Shown here: positions 8,011 to 18,130 of the stretch, piece after piece
Numbering within the stretch: the first letter of the stretch is position 1
How the letters are laid out: every line of letters starts with the position of its first letter
DNA from: Candidatus Aphodoplasma sp.
GTDB taxonomy: Bacteria; Bacillota; Clostridia; UBA1381; UMGS1253
Assembly (NCBI GenBank): GCA_045592745.1
Contig: JAZNVH010000009.1
Coordinates: 19 to 64,018 of the forward strand
Length of the DNA: 64,000 nt
Reading direction: 5' to 3'
Made by a program: the position numbers and the translations under genes
Notes under the pieces: generated by a model
Seen by the model: the letters and a program-made list of their open reading frames with translations, nothing else
Database searches by the model: none
What the model was told of the DNA's origin: nothing

Positions 8011-9273
8011 TTGGATAAGCTTGTTATACACGGCGGTAATCCACTTATGGGAGAAGTGTGCATAAGCGGTGCAAAAAATGCGGCTGTTGCTGTGCTACCC
8101 GCTACATTGCTTGTTAACGGAACCTGCAGACTTGAGAATATACCTAAAATCAAGGATGTTTTACTTATATGCGATATAATACGCTCACTGGGAGCAAAGG
8201 TTACGATTGAGGACGATGGTGCTATTGAAATTGATGCATCAAAGCTTACATATAAAAGCGCACCATATGAATTGGTAGGAAAGATGAGGGCGTCTTATTA
8301 TCTTATAGGCGCAATGCTTGGAAGATTTAATAAAGCAGAGGTTGCTATGCCCGGTGGCTGTGACCTTGGCCCCAGACCGATTGACCAGCATCAAAAGGGT
8401 TTTGAGGCGCTTGGCGCAAAGACTGTAGTTGAAAACGGAGTTATATATGCTGAAGCCGAAAAGCTCGTAGGCGGTAATGTATATCTTGATATAGTCAGCG
8501 TGGGCGCAACAATGAATATTATGCTTGCGGCGGTTTTGGCGCATGGCAATACTATCATTGAAAACGCTGCGAAGGAGCCGCACATTGTTGATTTGGCAAA
8601 CTTTCTAAACGCTATGGGCGCAAATATCAAGGGCGCGGGCACAGACGTTATTAAAATAAAAGGCGTGACAAAGCTTCACGGCGGAGTTTACTCGATAATT
8701 CCCGACCAGATTGAAGCGGGAACTTTTATGGTTGCCACAGCAGCGTCGAGAGGCAATGTGCTTATAAAGAATGTTATTCCAAAGCATCTTGAGTCGATTA
8801 GCTCAAAACTGATAGAAATGGGAGTAAGCGTTGAGGAGTTTGATGACAGCGTAAGAGTAAGCTGCGATAAGGATAAAAAGCTTAATCCAATATCTGTAAA
8901 AACGCTTCCGTATCCGGGATTTCCGACGGATATGCAGCCACAGATGAGCGTGCTTTTGTCGGTTACTAAAGGGACAAGCATGGTTTCAGAAAATGTATGG
9001 GATAGCAGATTTCAGTATGTAGACGAACTTAAAAGGATGGGCGCAGACATAAAGGTTGAAGGAAGAGTTGCGGTAATTGAGGGTGTTGAAACCCTCAGCG
9101 GTGCACCGGTACGCTCGACAGATTTGCGCGCAGGTGCGGGAATGGTTATTGCTGCACTTATTGCAAAGGGAACAACGGAAATACATGCACTTCATCATAT
9201 AGACAGAGGCTATGAAAATATGGAAGGCAAATTCAGAGCGCTTGGAGCAGACATCGAAAGAGTGAGTGAATAG
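8011..9273 (+). CDS. murA: UDP-N-acetylglucosamine 1-carboxyvinyltransferase
   Basis: [40 protein letters not shown] and TDLRAGA motifs. Confidence 0.97.
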   Translation: MDKLVIHGGNPLMGEVCISGAKNAAVAVLPATLLVNGTCRLENIPKIKDVLLICDIIRSLGAKVTIEDDGAIEIDASKLTYKSAPYELVGKMRASYYLIGAMLGRFNKAEVAMPGGCDLGPRPIDQHQKGFEALGAKTVVENGVIYAEAEKLVGGNVYLDIVSVGATMNIMLAAVLAHGNTIIENAAKEPHIVDLANFLNAMGANIKGAGTDVIKIKGVTKLHGGVYSIIPDQIEAGTFMVATAASRGNVLIKNVIPKHLESISSKLIEMGVSVEEFDDSVRVSCDKDKKLNPISVKTLPYPGFPTDMQPQMSVLLSVTKGTSMVSENVWDSRFQYVDELKRMGADIKVEGRVAVIEGVETLSGAPVRSTDLRAGAGMVIAALIAKGTTEIHALHHIDRGYENMEGKFRALGADIERVSE

Positions 9274-9352
9274 CAATAGATCGGAGGGACCTCACGCGGT
9301 TTCTCCGTTTTTGTATAAATAACGAAGATTTTTTGACATAGGAGCAGATATC

Positions 9353-10138
9353 ATGATAAAATTTTGCTCGCTTGTGAGTAGCAGCAAGGGAAACTCTACT
9401 CTGGTTTCCGACGGAAAAACGAATATATTGATAGATTGTGGCCTTAGTATGCGAAAAGCGACGCAGGCACTTGACAGATTGGGAATAGATGCGCATGATA
9501 TTGATGCGATTTTAGTAACGCATGAGCATAGTGACCATATAAGCGGAATTGGCATTATGAGCAGAAATTTTGATATCCCGATATATGCAAACGAAGCTAC
9601 GTGGGCCATTATGGAAGGCTCGCTCGGCTCGATTGCACAAAAGAATATCAAGTGTATAAAGCCACAGGAAAATTTTGAAATAAAAAGCGTTGGAGTGTTT
9701 TCGTTTTCTACACCGCACGATGCGGCAAGCTCCGTGGGTTATAGCATTAATGTTGAAAATTTAAAGGTTTCAGTTGCGACGGATATGGGGCATATTGAAG
9801 ATAGCGTTGTAGAAAGTATTAAAGGTAGTGATATTGTGCTTCTTGAAGCAAATCACGATATTCAAATGCTTAAAAACGGGCGTTATCCCGAGATGCTCAA
9901 AAAAAGAATTCTTGGAGATTTTGGGCATTTGTCAAATGAAGCGTCATCAAAAATAGCGACAGAGCTTTTAAAAAGCGGAACGCGTGCGATACTTTTGGGA
10001 CACCTTAGCGAAGAAAACAACAGGCCTGACATTGCTTATGGTGTAGTGAAAACGGCTATTTGCGGTGCAGGTGGCAGAATTGATAAAGACATACGCCTTG
10101 CAGTAGCAAACAGATATGAAATAAGCGGAATGTTCTGA
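9353..10138 (+). CDS. yycJ: MBL-fold metallohydrolase, YycJ/WalJ family
   Basis: SSSKGN, THEHSDH, PHDA, LLEANHD, GHLSNE and LGHLSEENN motifs; next to rlmH as usual. Confidence 0.88.
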   Translation: MIKFCSLVSSSKGNSTLVSDGKTNILIDCGLSMRKATQALDRLGIDAHDIDAILVTHEHSDHISGIGIMSRNFDIPIYANEATWAIMEGSLGSIAQKNIKCIKPQENFEIKSVGVFSFSTPHDAASSVGYSINVENLKVSVATDMGHIEDSVVESIKGSDIVLLEANHDIQMLKNGRYPEMLKKRILGDFGHLSNEASSKIATELLKSGTRAILLGHLSEENNRPDIAYGVVKTAICGAGGRIDKDIRLAVANRYEISGMF

Positions 10139-10174
10139 TTTTTTGAATATATTTAATTGGATAGGAGAAAAAAT

Positions 10175-10654
10175 GTGAATATTACAGTTATAGCCGTTGG
10201 AAAGCTTAGAGAAAAGTTCTTTGAGGCGGCGGTAAATGAATATGTAAAACGGCTGGGACGTTTTGCAAAAGTGAGAATTGTTGAACTTTCGGATCAGAAA
10301 ATTGCCGACAAGGCTACAGAAGGTCAAGTGCGTCAGCTGCTCGAAAAAGAGGGCGGCGATATACTTTCAAAAATATCGTCATCGCAGTATGTGATTGCGC
10401 TTTGTGTAGAAGGTAGTAAAATGAGCTCGGAGGCATTTGCCGATAAGATTGATTCGCTTGCTCTAAACGGCAAAAGCGATATTGTGTTTGTAATCGGCGG
10501 CTCGCTCGGACTTGATGAGCGTGTAAAGAAGCGCGCCGATTTAAAGCTTAGTTTTTCGGATATGACGTTTCCGCATCAGCTTATGAGGGTAATACTTTTA
10601 GAGCAGGTGTATAGGGCGTTTAAAATTCTTTCAAATGAAACGTACCATAAATAA
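10175..10654 (+). CDS. rlmH: 23S rRNA m3Psi1915 methyltransferase
   Basis: VIAVGKLRE, FVIGGSLGL and MTFPHQLMRVILLEQVYRAFKI...YHK; GTG start after AGGAG. Confidence 0.96.
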   Translation: MNITVIAVGKLREKFFEAAVNEYVKRLGRFAKVRIVELSDQKIADKATEGQVRQLLEKEGGDILSKISSSQYVIALCVEGSKMSSEAFADKIDSLALNGKSDIVFVIGGSLGLDERVKKRADLKLSFSDMTFPHQLMRVILLEQVYRAFKILSNETYHK

Positions 10655-10680
10655 TTGCAAAGGAAAGATGAGGTATAAAA

Positions 10681-11232
10681 ATGAATAATAAATCGCAGTG
10701 TTCAAAGCTTGATAAATGTATTGAAACTAGCAGCTTGTGTGCAATAAACAGAGAGTTTATAGACACATTTTCTTTGTATGGATATCCTGTATATGCGTCT
10801 GGCGAACTTGCGGTTATATCCTTTGTATATGATTTTGTGCCAGACGGTTATAAAATTATAAGAAAAAGTGATATTACCGATGTATTTTCGGGAAAGGCAG
10901 AGCAGTTTCTCAGCAAGGTAGTGCTCGGGGAAAATCCGTCCTTTAAGGCAAGCGTGCCTGAATTTAAGCTTGACAATATGCTTTTGCTTTGTGAGGATTT
11001 GATGAAAAAAGAAATGCTTGTCACGATAGAGTGCGAGGATTTTGAAGAAAATATAATGCTTATAGGACAGATTATAGGTGTTGATAAAAACATTGTCAGC
11101 ATAAAGACATTTGACGGCCTTGGTGTGTGGGATAAAGAGTGCTCAAGTGTGAGTATTGATGATATAACCTGTATAAGCATAGACAATTCGTATGTAAAAA
11201 TAATTTCGAAATATCTTACACAAGGAAAATAA
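10681..11232 (+). CDS. Hypothetical protein
   Basis: 183 aa ORF with GAGG RBS; no family recognised with confidence. Confidence 0.65.
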   Translation: MNNKSQCSKLDKCIETSSLCAINREFIDTFSLYGYPVYASGELAVISFVYDFVPDGYKIIRKSDITDVFSGKAEQFLSKVVLGENPSFKASVPEFKLDNMLLLCEDLMKKEMLVTIECEDFEENIMLIGQIIGVDKNIVSIKTFDGLGVWDKECSSVSIDDITCISIDNSYVKIISKYLTQGK

Positions 11233-11262
11233 CAGTTTTGTTTTGACGTAGGGGGAGTTTTT

Positions 11263-12987
11263 TTGAAGAGTCTATTTCGTATGCTGGGTCTTGCGAAAAA
11301 GTATTATAAGCATCTTATAATTGGTGTTACGGGGCTTGTTGTGATGTCGCTTTCGCAGCTTTGTTCACCACAGATTATAAAGACTATGATTGCGCTTATC
11401 GGTCAGGATGCGACTGCTTTAGCTACAAAAGCCGTAAAGCTTGCATCGATACTTTTAGTGCTTTATCTTTTGCAGGCGGTGGGACAATTTTTAAGAAGCT
11501 ATTTTATGCATTATGCGGCGTGGCATTTTATTGCTGATTTACGCGTTATGTTGTTTAAAAAGCTTGAGTCTTTGTCGATGCGTTTTTATCATGACAAGCA
11601 GACGGGTCAGCTTATGAGCCGTGTCACAAATGATACTGCGGCTCTTGAGGTGCTTGTTGCGCATGCGGCGCCGGATATATGCGTAAATACTATAACATTT
11701 GTTGGCGTAAGCACAATTTTGTTTTTGACGAATTGGCGCATGGCGGCAATTGCGCTTGCACTTATGCCTGTTATAGGTTTTGCGGTGTGGTATTATGCGA
11801 CAAAGGTGCGTCCAATTTTTAAGCGTTCGCATCAAAAGCTTGCAGAACTCAATGCTGTGCTTCAGGACGATTTGTCTGGTATGAAGGAGATACAGCTTTT
11901 TAATCAGCAAAAGAAGGAGCGCGCAAGAGTAAGGAGCGAAGCCCACGAGCAGCGTGACCTTACAATGAGAGCGCTTACGCGCGGAGCGGTGTATCATCCG
12001 AGTGTGGAGCTTTTAAACAATATTGGTACGGTGCTTGTAATTGCTTGTGGCGGTATAATGGCAGCAAAAGGGGTAATGGCTGCTGATGATATAGTGGCGT
12101 TTTTACTTTATCTTAATATGCTCTATCAGCCCGTAAGCACGCTTGGAAGACTTAATGAGGATTTGCAAAATGCGCTTGCTGCATCCGAGAGGGTGTTTGA
12201 GCTTTTAGATACTGAATCTGAAATAAATGACAGTGAAAATGCGTATGACATAGAGAATGTAAAGGGCAGAATAGAGTTTAAGGATGTTTGCTTTAAATAT
12301 AACGACAATGCTGATGTATTAAAGGATATTTCGCTTGTTATAGAGCCCGGGCAAACGCTTGCTTTGGTAGGTGCTACGGGTGTTGGCAAAACGACATTTA
12401 TAAGTCTTGTTGCAAGGTTTTATGACCCCGTTTCGGGAAACATTACACTTGATGGACACGATTTAAAAGACATCACTCAAAAATCGCTGCGTGATAATAT
12501 AAGCATAGTTTTGCAGGATGTATTTTTGTTTAATGGAAGTGTGTATGAAAACATTGCATATGGAATTGAAAATGCAACGCGTGAGCAGGTTATAAATGCG
12601 GCAAAGGTTGCCAATGCACACGAGTTTATATGCGATATGGAAAATGGATACGATACACTCATTGGCGAGCGCGGAGTAAGGCTTTCGGGCGGACAAAAAC
12701 AACGCTTGTCAATTGCGAGAGCTGTGCTTAGAAATACGAGTGTGCTTATTTTGGACGAGGCAACGGCGTCGGTTGATACTGCGACGGAAAAGCTTATACA
12801 AAAAGCGATTGACAAGGTAATTGAAAACAGAACGACAATTATTATTGCTCATCGTCTTTCAACGGTAAGAAATGCAGACAAGATTGCTGTGTTAAAAGAC
12901 GGCGCGATTGCTGAGATTGGCAATCACGAAGAGCTTATAAAAAAAGGCGGGCTGTATGCGACGCTTTGCGATATGCAGCTTTCATAA
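11263..12987 (+). CDS. ABC exporter, fused permease/ATP-binding (MsbA/MdlB-like)
   Basis: N-terminal TM domain; Walker [17 protein letters not shown] and ILDEAT. Confidence 0.93.
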   Translation: MKSLFRMLGLAKKYYKHLIIGVTGLVVMSLSQLCSPQIIKTMIALIGQDATALATKAVKLASILLVLYLLQAVGQFLRSYFMHYAAWHFIADLRVMLFKKLESLSMRFYHDKQTGQLMSRVTNDTAALEVLVAHAAPDICVNTITFVGVSTILFLTNWRMAAIALALMPVIGFAVWYYATKVRPIFKRSHQKLAELNAVLQDDLSGMKEIQLFNQQKKERARVRSEAHEQRDLTMRALTRGAVYHPSVELLNNIGTVLVIACGGIMAAKGVMAADDIVAFLLYLNMLYQPVSTLGRLNEDLQNALAASERVFELLDTESEINDSENAYDIENVKGRIEFKDVCFKYNDNADVLKDISLVIEPGQTLALVGATGVGKTTFISLVARFYDPVSGNITLDGHDLKDITQKSLRDNISIVLQDVFLFNGSVYENIAYGIENATREQVINAAKVANAHEFICDMENGYDTLIGERGVRLSGGQKQRLSIARAVLRNTSVLILDEATASVDTATEKLIQKAIDKVIENRTTIIIAHRLSTVRNADKIAVLKDGAIAEIGNHEELIKKGGLYATLCDMQLS

Positions 12988-13029
12988 AATTGAAAAAAGT
13001 TAAGAAATTTTGAACAAATTATATAATAC

Positions 13030-13057
13030 TTGACAAATTGTATGGGTATGCTAAAAT
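13030..13057 (+). promoter_or_regulatory. SigA-type promoter for htpG
   Basis: TTGACA-16 bp-TAAAAT with TGn extension. Confidence 0.7.
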
Positions 13058-13061
13058 AGTA

Positions 13062-13088
13062 TTAGCACTCTTGCGTAGCGAGTGCTAA
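13062..13088 (+). promoter_or_regulatory. CIRCE element (HrcA operator)
   Basis: Perfect TTAGCACTC-N9-GAGTGCTAA. Confidence 0.97.
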
Positions 13089-13124
13089 TACTATTATTTT
13101 TTTGCTTGAAAGGGATGGTTAAAA

Positions 13125-15005
13125 ATGGCTATGCAAGAATTTAAATCAGAATCAAAAAGACTACTCGATATGATGATTAACTCAATTTACACGCATAAAG
13201 AAATTTTTATGCGTGAGCTTATTTCAAACGCAAATGACGCACTTGATAAGCTTTATTACAAATCATTATCCGATGAAAATATCAGTTTTGAGAGCGACAA
13301 ATTCTATATAAGAATATCCGCCGATAAAGAAAGAAGACTTCTTAAAATTAGCGACACAGGTATCGGCATGGATAAAGATGAGCTTTGCGAAAACCTTGGT
13401 ACAATTGCAAAAAGTGGCTCTCTTGCGTTTAAAAATGAGAATGAATTAAATGATGATGTTGATATTATAGGTCAGTTTGGCGTAGGCTTTTATGCAGCGT
13501 TTATGGTTGCGGACCATGTGAGTGTATTAAGCAAGAAATTTGGCTCGGACGAGGCATATTTGTGGCATTCGAGCGGTGCTGATGGCTTTGAGATAACAGA
13601 AGCTAAAAAGGCTGAGGCGGGAACCGAGATTACTCTTAGCATAAAGAAAAATACTGACGATGAAAACTATGACGAGTTTTTGGATGAGTACAGAATAAAA
13701 AGCCTTATTAAAAAGTACTCGGATTATATAAAATATCCTATCAAGATGCTTGCTACAAAGAAAAAGCTTAAGGAAGGCAGCGAAAACGAGTACGAGGATT
13801 ACAAAGAGGACGAAATTTTAAACAGCATGATACCGATTTGGAAAAAGAGCAAATCGGAACTTTCAAAAGAGGATTATAACAATTACTATAAGGAAAGATT
13901 TTTTGATTTTGAAGACCCGATAAAGACGATTCACACAAGTACAGAAGGTCTTGTAAGCTACAGCGCACTTATGTATATCCCTGCACGTGCACCGTATGAT
14001 TATTATACGAAGGAGTATAAAAAGGGGCTTGCACTTTATTCAAATGGTGTACTTATAATGGACAAGTGTGAGGACTTATTGCCTGACTATTTTGGTTTTG
14101 TGCGCGGTCTTATTGATTCATCGGACCTTTCTTTAAATATCTCGCGAGAGATACTGCAACATGACAGACAGCTTAAAACAATTGCGTCAAATATTAAAAA
14201 GAAAATTAAGTCTGAGCTTGAACTTATGCTCAAAAACGACCGCGAAAATTATGAAAAGCTTTACAGCGCATTTTCACGTCCGTTAAAATTTGGTATATAC
14301 GATAATTTTGGAGCGGAGAAGGACTTCTTAAAAGACCTTATTATGTTTTATTCTTCGTCCGAGAAAAAGAGCGTTACGCTTTCAGAATATGTTTCGCGTA
14401 TGAGTGAGGGGCAAAAGTATATCTACTATGCGACGGGAGAAAATACTGCTGCGATAGATCGCCTTCCGCAGACGGAATCTGTTCGCGAGGCAGGATATGA
14501 GATACTTTATCTTACTGAGGATGTAGATGAGTTTGCACTAAAGGTTCTGGCAAGCTATGATGATAAAGAGTTTAAGTCTGTTTCAAGCAGTGATCTTGGA
14601 ATTGAAAATGACGAAAATTCAAAGACTGAAAACGATACAAAAGAGCAAAACAAGGATTTGTTTGAGTTTTTGAAAACGACTCTTTCAGGAAAGGTGTCCG
14701 ACGTAAAGGCGAGTGCGCGTCTAAAGTCACATCCTGTATGTATTTCAAGTGCGGGCGAGCTTTCGCTCGAAATGGAAAAGGTGTTAAATGCTATGCCGAC
14801 AGAACAAAAGGTAAAAGCAGAGCGTGTGCTTGAAATAAATATCTCGCATCCAATTTTTGAAAAGCTTAAGTCGCTTTACGAAGGTGATCGTGACACTCTT
14901 AAAAAGTATGCCGATGTGCTTTATAACAGTGCACTTTTAATTGAGGGACTTAGCGTAGAAGACCCGGTTGCATTTTCAAACAATCTTTGTGATATTATAA
15001 AATAA
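13125..15005 (+). CDS. htpG: Molecular chaperone HtpG (Hsp90)
   Basis: [34 protein letters not shown] and LSLNISRE motifs. Confidence 0.97.
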   Translation: MAMQEFKSESKRLLDMMINSIYTHKEIFMRELISNANDALDKLYYKSLSDENISFESDKFYIRISADKERRLLKISDTGIGMDKDELCENLGTIAKSGSLAFKNENELNDDVDIIGQFGVGFYAAFMVADHVSVLSKKFGSDEAYLWHSSGADGFEITEAKKAEAGTEITLSIKKNTDDENYDEFLDEYRIKSLIKKYSDYIKYPIKMLATKKKLKEGSENEYEDYKEDEILNSMIPIWKKSKSELSKEDYNNYYKERFFDFEDPIKTIHTSTEGLVSYSALMYIPARAPYDYYTKEYKKGLALYSNGVLIMDKCEDLLPDYFGFVRGLIDSSDLSLNISREILQHDRQLKTIASNIKKKIKSELELMLKNDRENYEKLYSAFSRPLKFGIYDNFGAEKDFLKDLIMFYSSSEKKSVTLSEYVSRMSEGQKYIYYATGENTAAIDRLPQTESVREAGYEILYLTEDVDEFALKVLASYDDKEFKSVSSSDLGIENDENSKTENDTKEQNKDLFEFLKTTLSGKVSDVKASARLKSHPVCISSAGELSLEMEKVLNAMPTEQKVKAERVLEINISHPIFEKLKSLYEGDRDTLKKYADVLYNSALLIEGLSVEDPVAFSNNLCDIIK

Positions 15006-15017
15006 GGAGGCGTGTTT

Positions 15018-15851
15018 ATGCTTCATATAGGATGTCATCTTTCTGTTTCAAAGGGTTTTTATCATATGGGCAAGGAGGCACTTTCAATAGGTGCTGACAC
15101 CTTTCAGTTTTTTACAAGAAATCCGAGAGGAGCGAGTGCAAAAAAGCTTGACCTTGAGGATGCGGCAAAGCTTAATGAATTGATGGAGCAAAACAATTTT
15201 GCTCCCATAGTAGCCCATGCACCGTATACGCTTAATGCTTGCTCGGCAGATGAAAATATACGCACTCTTGCAAAAACTATGATGGCAGAGGATATAAAAA
15301 ACCTTGATAATGTATCAAATGTACTTTATAATTTTCATCCCGGAAGCCACGTAGGACAAGGAGTGGACGTCGGAATAGAGTTTATATGCGATATGCTAAA
15401 TGAGATACTTTATGAAGAACAAAAGAGCATCGTCCTTCTTGAAACAATGGCGGGTAAGGGCAGCGAAGTTGGCTCTTCGTTTGAAGAGCTTAGACGCATT
15501 ATTGACGGGGTCAATCTTTCTGATAAGCTTGGGGTATGTCTTGATACATGCCATGTAAATGATGCAGGATATGATATGGTAAACAACCTTGACGGTGTGC
15601 TTGAGGAGTTTGACCGCGTTATAGGAATTGGGCGCCTGAAGGCGATTCATATAAACGACAGCATAAATCCGCTTGGCGCACACAAGGACCGTCACGCAAA
15701 AATTGGAGAAGGGCATATTGGTACAGAGGCGTTTGAAAAAATTATAAATCATCCGTATCTTCGTGATTTGCCATTCAACCTTGAAACGCCTAATGACCTT
15801 GATGGGTATGCACAGGAAATAAAACTTTTGCGAGGATTGTATCACGAGTAA
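15018..15851 (+). CDS. nfo: Endonuclease IV (AP endonuclease 2)
   Basis: [41 protein letters not shown] and LETP motifs. Confidence 0.95.
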   Translation: MLHIGCHLSVSKGFYHMGKEALSIGADTFQFFTRNPRGASAKKLDLEDAAKLNELMEQNNFAPIVAHAPYTLNACSADENIRTLAKTMMAEDIKNLDNVSNVLYNFHPGSHVGQGVDVGIEFICDMLNEILYEEQKSIVLLETMAGKGSEVGSSFEELRRIIDGVNLSDKLGVCLDTCHVNDAGYDMVNNLDGVLEEFDRVIGIGRLKAIHINDSINPLGAHKDRHAKIGEGHIGTEAFEKIINHPYLRDLPFNLETPNDLDGYAQEIKLLRGLYHE

Positions 15852-15900
15852 AAAGTATTGACAAAATATAATAATGATAATATACTATAATATAAATAGG

Positions 15901-16013
15901 ATAATCTTCGGGGCAGGGTGTGATTCCCTACCGGTGGTGAAAGCCCACGAGCCTTTATGGTTGATTTGGTGAAAATCCAGAGCCGACGGTTATAGTCCGG
16001 ATGAGAGAAGATA
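15901..16013 (+). ncRNA. FMN riboswitch (RFN element)
   Basis: TCTTCGGGGCAGGGTG-ATTCCCTACCGGTGGT-AGCCCACGAGCC...GCCGACGGT-ATAGTCCGGATGAGAGAAGA consensus, upstream of a RibU-like gene. Confidence 0.95.
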
Positions 16014-16039
16014 AAATGCGTTTTTATGCGTATTATTTT

Positions 16040-16066
16040 GCCCTGCGATTATTCGCGGGGCTTTTT
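16040..16066 (+). terminator. Riboswitch-controlled terminator
   Basis: GCCCTGCGA-TTAT-TCGCGGGGC followed by TTTTT. Confidence 0.8.
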
Positions 16067-16108
16067 GTTTTTGTGTATTTATATTAAATAGGAAGGAATT
16101 GATTTAAA

Positions 16109-16651
16109 ATGAAGAAAATCAAAACACGCACGCTCACTGTTGTAGCAATTTTGGCGGCGGCGGCATTTCTTTTACAGATGCTTGGTTCGTTTATGCAGTT
16201 AAAGGTGGCAGGCTTTTTGGAAATTGAATTTTCAGATTTGCCTGCGATAATTGGAACAATGGCACTTGGTCCTGTGGCGGGTGTTATAATTGAGCTTGTA
16301 AAGAATTTATTAAAATGTATGGCAACTACTACGGGCTTTGTGGGAGAGTTTGCAAATTTTGTTGTAAACGGTAGTTTTGTGCTTGCCGCAGGATTTGTGT
16401 ATATGCGTAACAAGACAAGAAAAGGTGCGTTGATTGGTTTTATAATCGGGACAGTTGCTATGACACTTGTGGCAATTTTGGCAAATGTATTTGTGATGCT
16501 TCCGCTTTATATGCCGAATGTGGATTTTTCTGCGCGTCTTTCGCTTGCGCTTACGACGATTACGCCGTTTAATTTTGTAAAAGGAATTGTTTTATCAATT
16601 ATTACATTTTTTATATACAAACCACTTTCGCCTGTTATAAAAGGAAAATGA
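16109..16651 (+). CDS. ribU: ECF transporter S component, riboflavin (RibU)
   Basis: FLEIEFSDLPA, GPVAG, ELVKN, GFVGEFANF and PFNFVKG motifs; downstream of the FMN riboswitch. Confidence 0.88.
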   Translation: MKKIKTRTLTVVAILAAAAFLLQMLGSFMQLKVAGFLEIEFSDLPAIIGTMALGPVAGVIIELVKNLLKCMATTTGFVGEFANFVVNGSFVLAAGFVYMRNKTRKGALIGFIIGTVAMTLVAILANVFVMLPLYMPNVDFSARLSLALTTITPFNFVKGIVLSIITFFIYKPLSPVIKGK

Positions 16652-16717
16652 TTTAAAATCTTGTACTAATATTTTAAAATGGTATGCAATATAATAATTG
16701 TATAAAAATTATTATAG

Positions 16718-17536
16718 GTGTATGCTATGAAGACTAGTGTTATTAATTTTTTTAAAAGCGTTTTAATAGGTGCGTCGGCGCTTATTCCGGGGATAAGCGG
16801 CGGTACAATGGCGATTGCGCTTGGTATATATGATACGCTTTTGCGTTCGCTTTCGAGATTTTGTGAAGATAAAAGGAAAAATACTTTATTTTTGACTGTA
16901 TTTGTGCTTGGTGCAGGAATTGGCATTGTTATGTTTTCAGGATGGGTATTGTGGCTTTTTAATACCTTTGCACTGCCAATGATATATTTCTTTATAGGTT
17001 GTGTATTTGGAAGTGTTCCGATGCTTTTCAGACGAGGCGGCGTTAAGAAAATCAAAATAGGCGATGTCTTGTGGGTTCTTTTGGGATATCTTTGTGTAAC
17101 AGGAGTGTCGCAACTGCCCGTTGGTTTGTGCGTGATTGAGGGGAGCTATTTGTTCAAATTTGTAATGCTTCTTGCCGCGGGGGTTATTATTGCTGCTGCA
17201 TTTATATTGCCCGGCATAAGCACGTCGTATATACTTTTGCTTTTGGGAATTTATGATATTACATTAACTGCAATTTATAGTTTTAATATTGCTTTTTTAT
17301 TGCCGCTTGTTGCCGGTGGATTAGTGGGCACGTTTTTATGTGCACGCATTTTGGAAAATGCGCTAAAACGCCACAGTAAGCAAAGCTATATGCTCATTAT
17401 AGGATTTGTGCTTGGTTCTGTGTTTGAAATTGTACCGGGTTTGCCTGTGGGAGCAGAGTCTTTTGTATGCGTATTGACTTTTGCGCTTGGTTTTTTACTT
17501 ATAAAAATCATTCTTCGTTACAGCGAGGAAAAATAA
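16718..17536 (+). CDS. DUF368 membrane protein (putative undecaprenyl-phosphate translocase)
   Basis: Duplicated IPGISGGT / LPGISTS motifs; polytopic. Confidence 0.85.
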   Translation: MYAMKTSVINFFKSVLIGASALIPGISGGTMAIALGIYDTLLRSLSRFCEDKRKNTLFLTVFVLGAGIGIVMFSGWVLWLFNTFALPMIYFFIGCVFGSVPMLFRRGGVKKIKIGDVLWVLLGYLCVTGVSQLPVGLCVIEGSYLFKFVMLLAAGVIIAAAFILPGISTSYILLLLGIYDITLTAIYSFNIAFLLPLVAGGLVGTFLCARILENALKRHSKQSYMLIIGFVLGSVFEIVPGLPVGAESFVCVLTFALGFLLIKIILRYSEEK

Positions 17537-17659
17537 GAAGAGTAAAAATTTCAAAAAATATAAAAAAGTACTTGATAAAACTTTGGCTTTGTGTTAAAAT
17601 ATGGTGTGTATGAAATTTTGATTTATAAAATACTAATGAATATACAGGAGGTAGTAAAA

Positions 17660-17908
17660 ATGCAGGTTCTTCAGAATATAGTAATGGTGCTACATATAAT
17701 AGCATCACTCGTATTGATAGTTGTCGTACTTTTCCAGTCGGGAAAAACAGCAGGTTTGTCAGGTAGTATTGCCGGCGGTGCTGAAACATTTTTTGGCAAG
17801 AACAAGGGCAGAACTATTGATGCATTGCTTGAGAAGTGGACAGCAGCTTTTGCAGTGTTGTTTCTTATAACATCAATTGCATTGGCAGTTATTGTTACAA
17901 CTCGCTAA
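17660..17908 (+). CDS. secG: Preprotein translocase subunit SecG
   Basis: VLFQSGKTAGLSGSIAGGAETFFGKNK; AGGAGG RBS before ATG 17660. Confidence 0.93.
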   Translation: MQVLQNIVMVLHIIASLVLIVVVLFQSGKTAGLSGSIAGGAETFFGKNKGRTIDALLEKWTAAFAVLFLITSIALAVIVTTR

Positions 17909-17939
17909 GCTGAGGTAAAAACGAACTATAAACAAAGAT

Positions 17940-17969
17940 AGCTCACACATTGTGTGGGCTTATTTTTTT
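17940..17969 (+). terminator. Intrinsic terminator after secG
   Basis: AGCTCACAC-ATT-GTGTGGGCT plus T-tract. Confidence 0.7.
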
Positions 17970-18009
17970 GCTTTTTGCGGAAAACAAACAAAAAAGTGAT
18001 TCTTTCAAG

Positions 18010-18068
18010 CAAAAACAAAAATAAACACAGAAAAAAGTGTTGACTTTTTCTTTGTTTGAATATATAAT
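18010..18068 (+). promoter_or_regulatory. SigA promoter of the glycyl-radical enzyme operon with candidate operator repeats
   Basis: TTGACT(18040)-17 bp-TATAAT(18063), preceded by CAAAAACAAAAATAAA and AAACACAGAAAA, both also present at 22404-22470. Confidence 0.7.
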
Positions 18069-18130
18069 AAAAGAGGATAAAAGATTTTTAAAGGAAAATC
18101 AAAGAACAAATGAGTACCGGAGGTGCTTTT

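Noticed and set aside
10637-10654. SCC-like cassette integrated at the rlmH 3' end
   Set aside because: No recombinase and no duplicated rlmH terminus found downstream.
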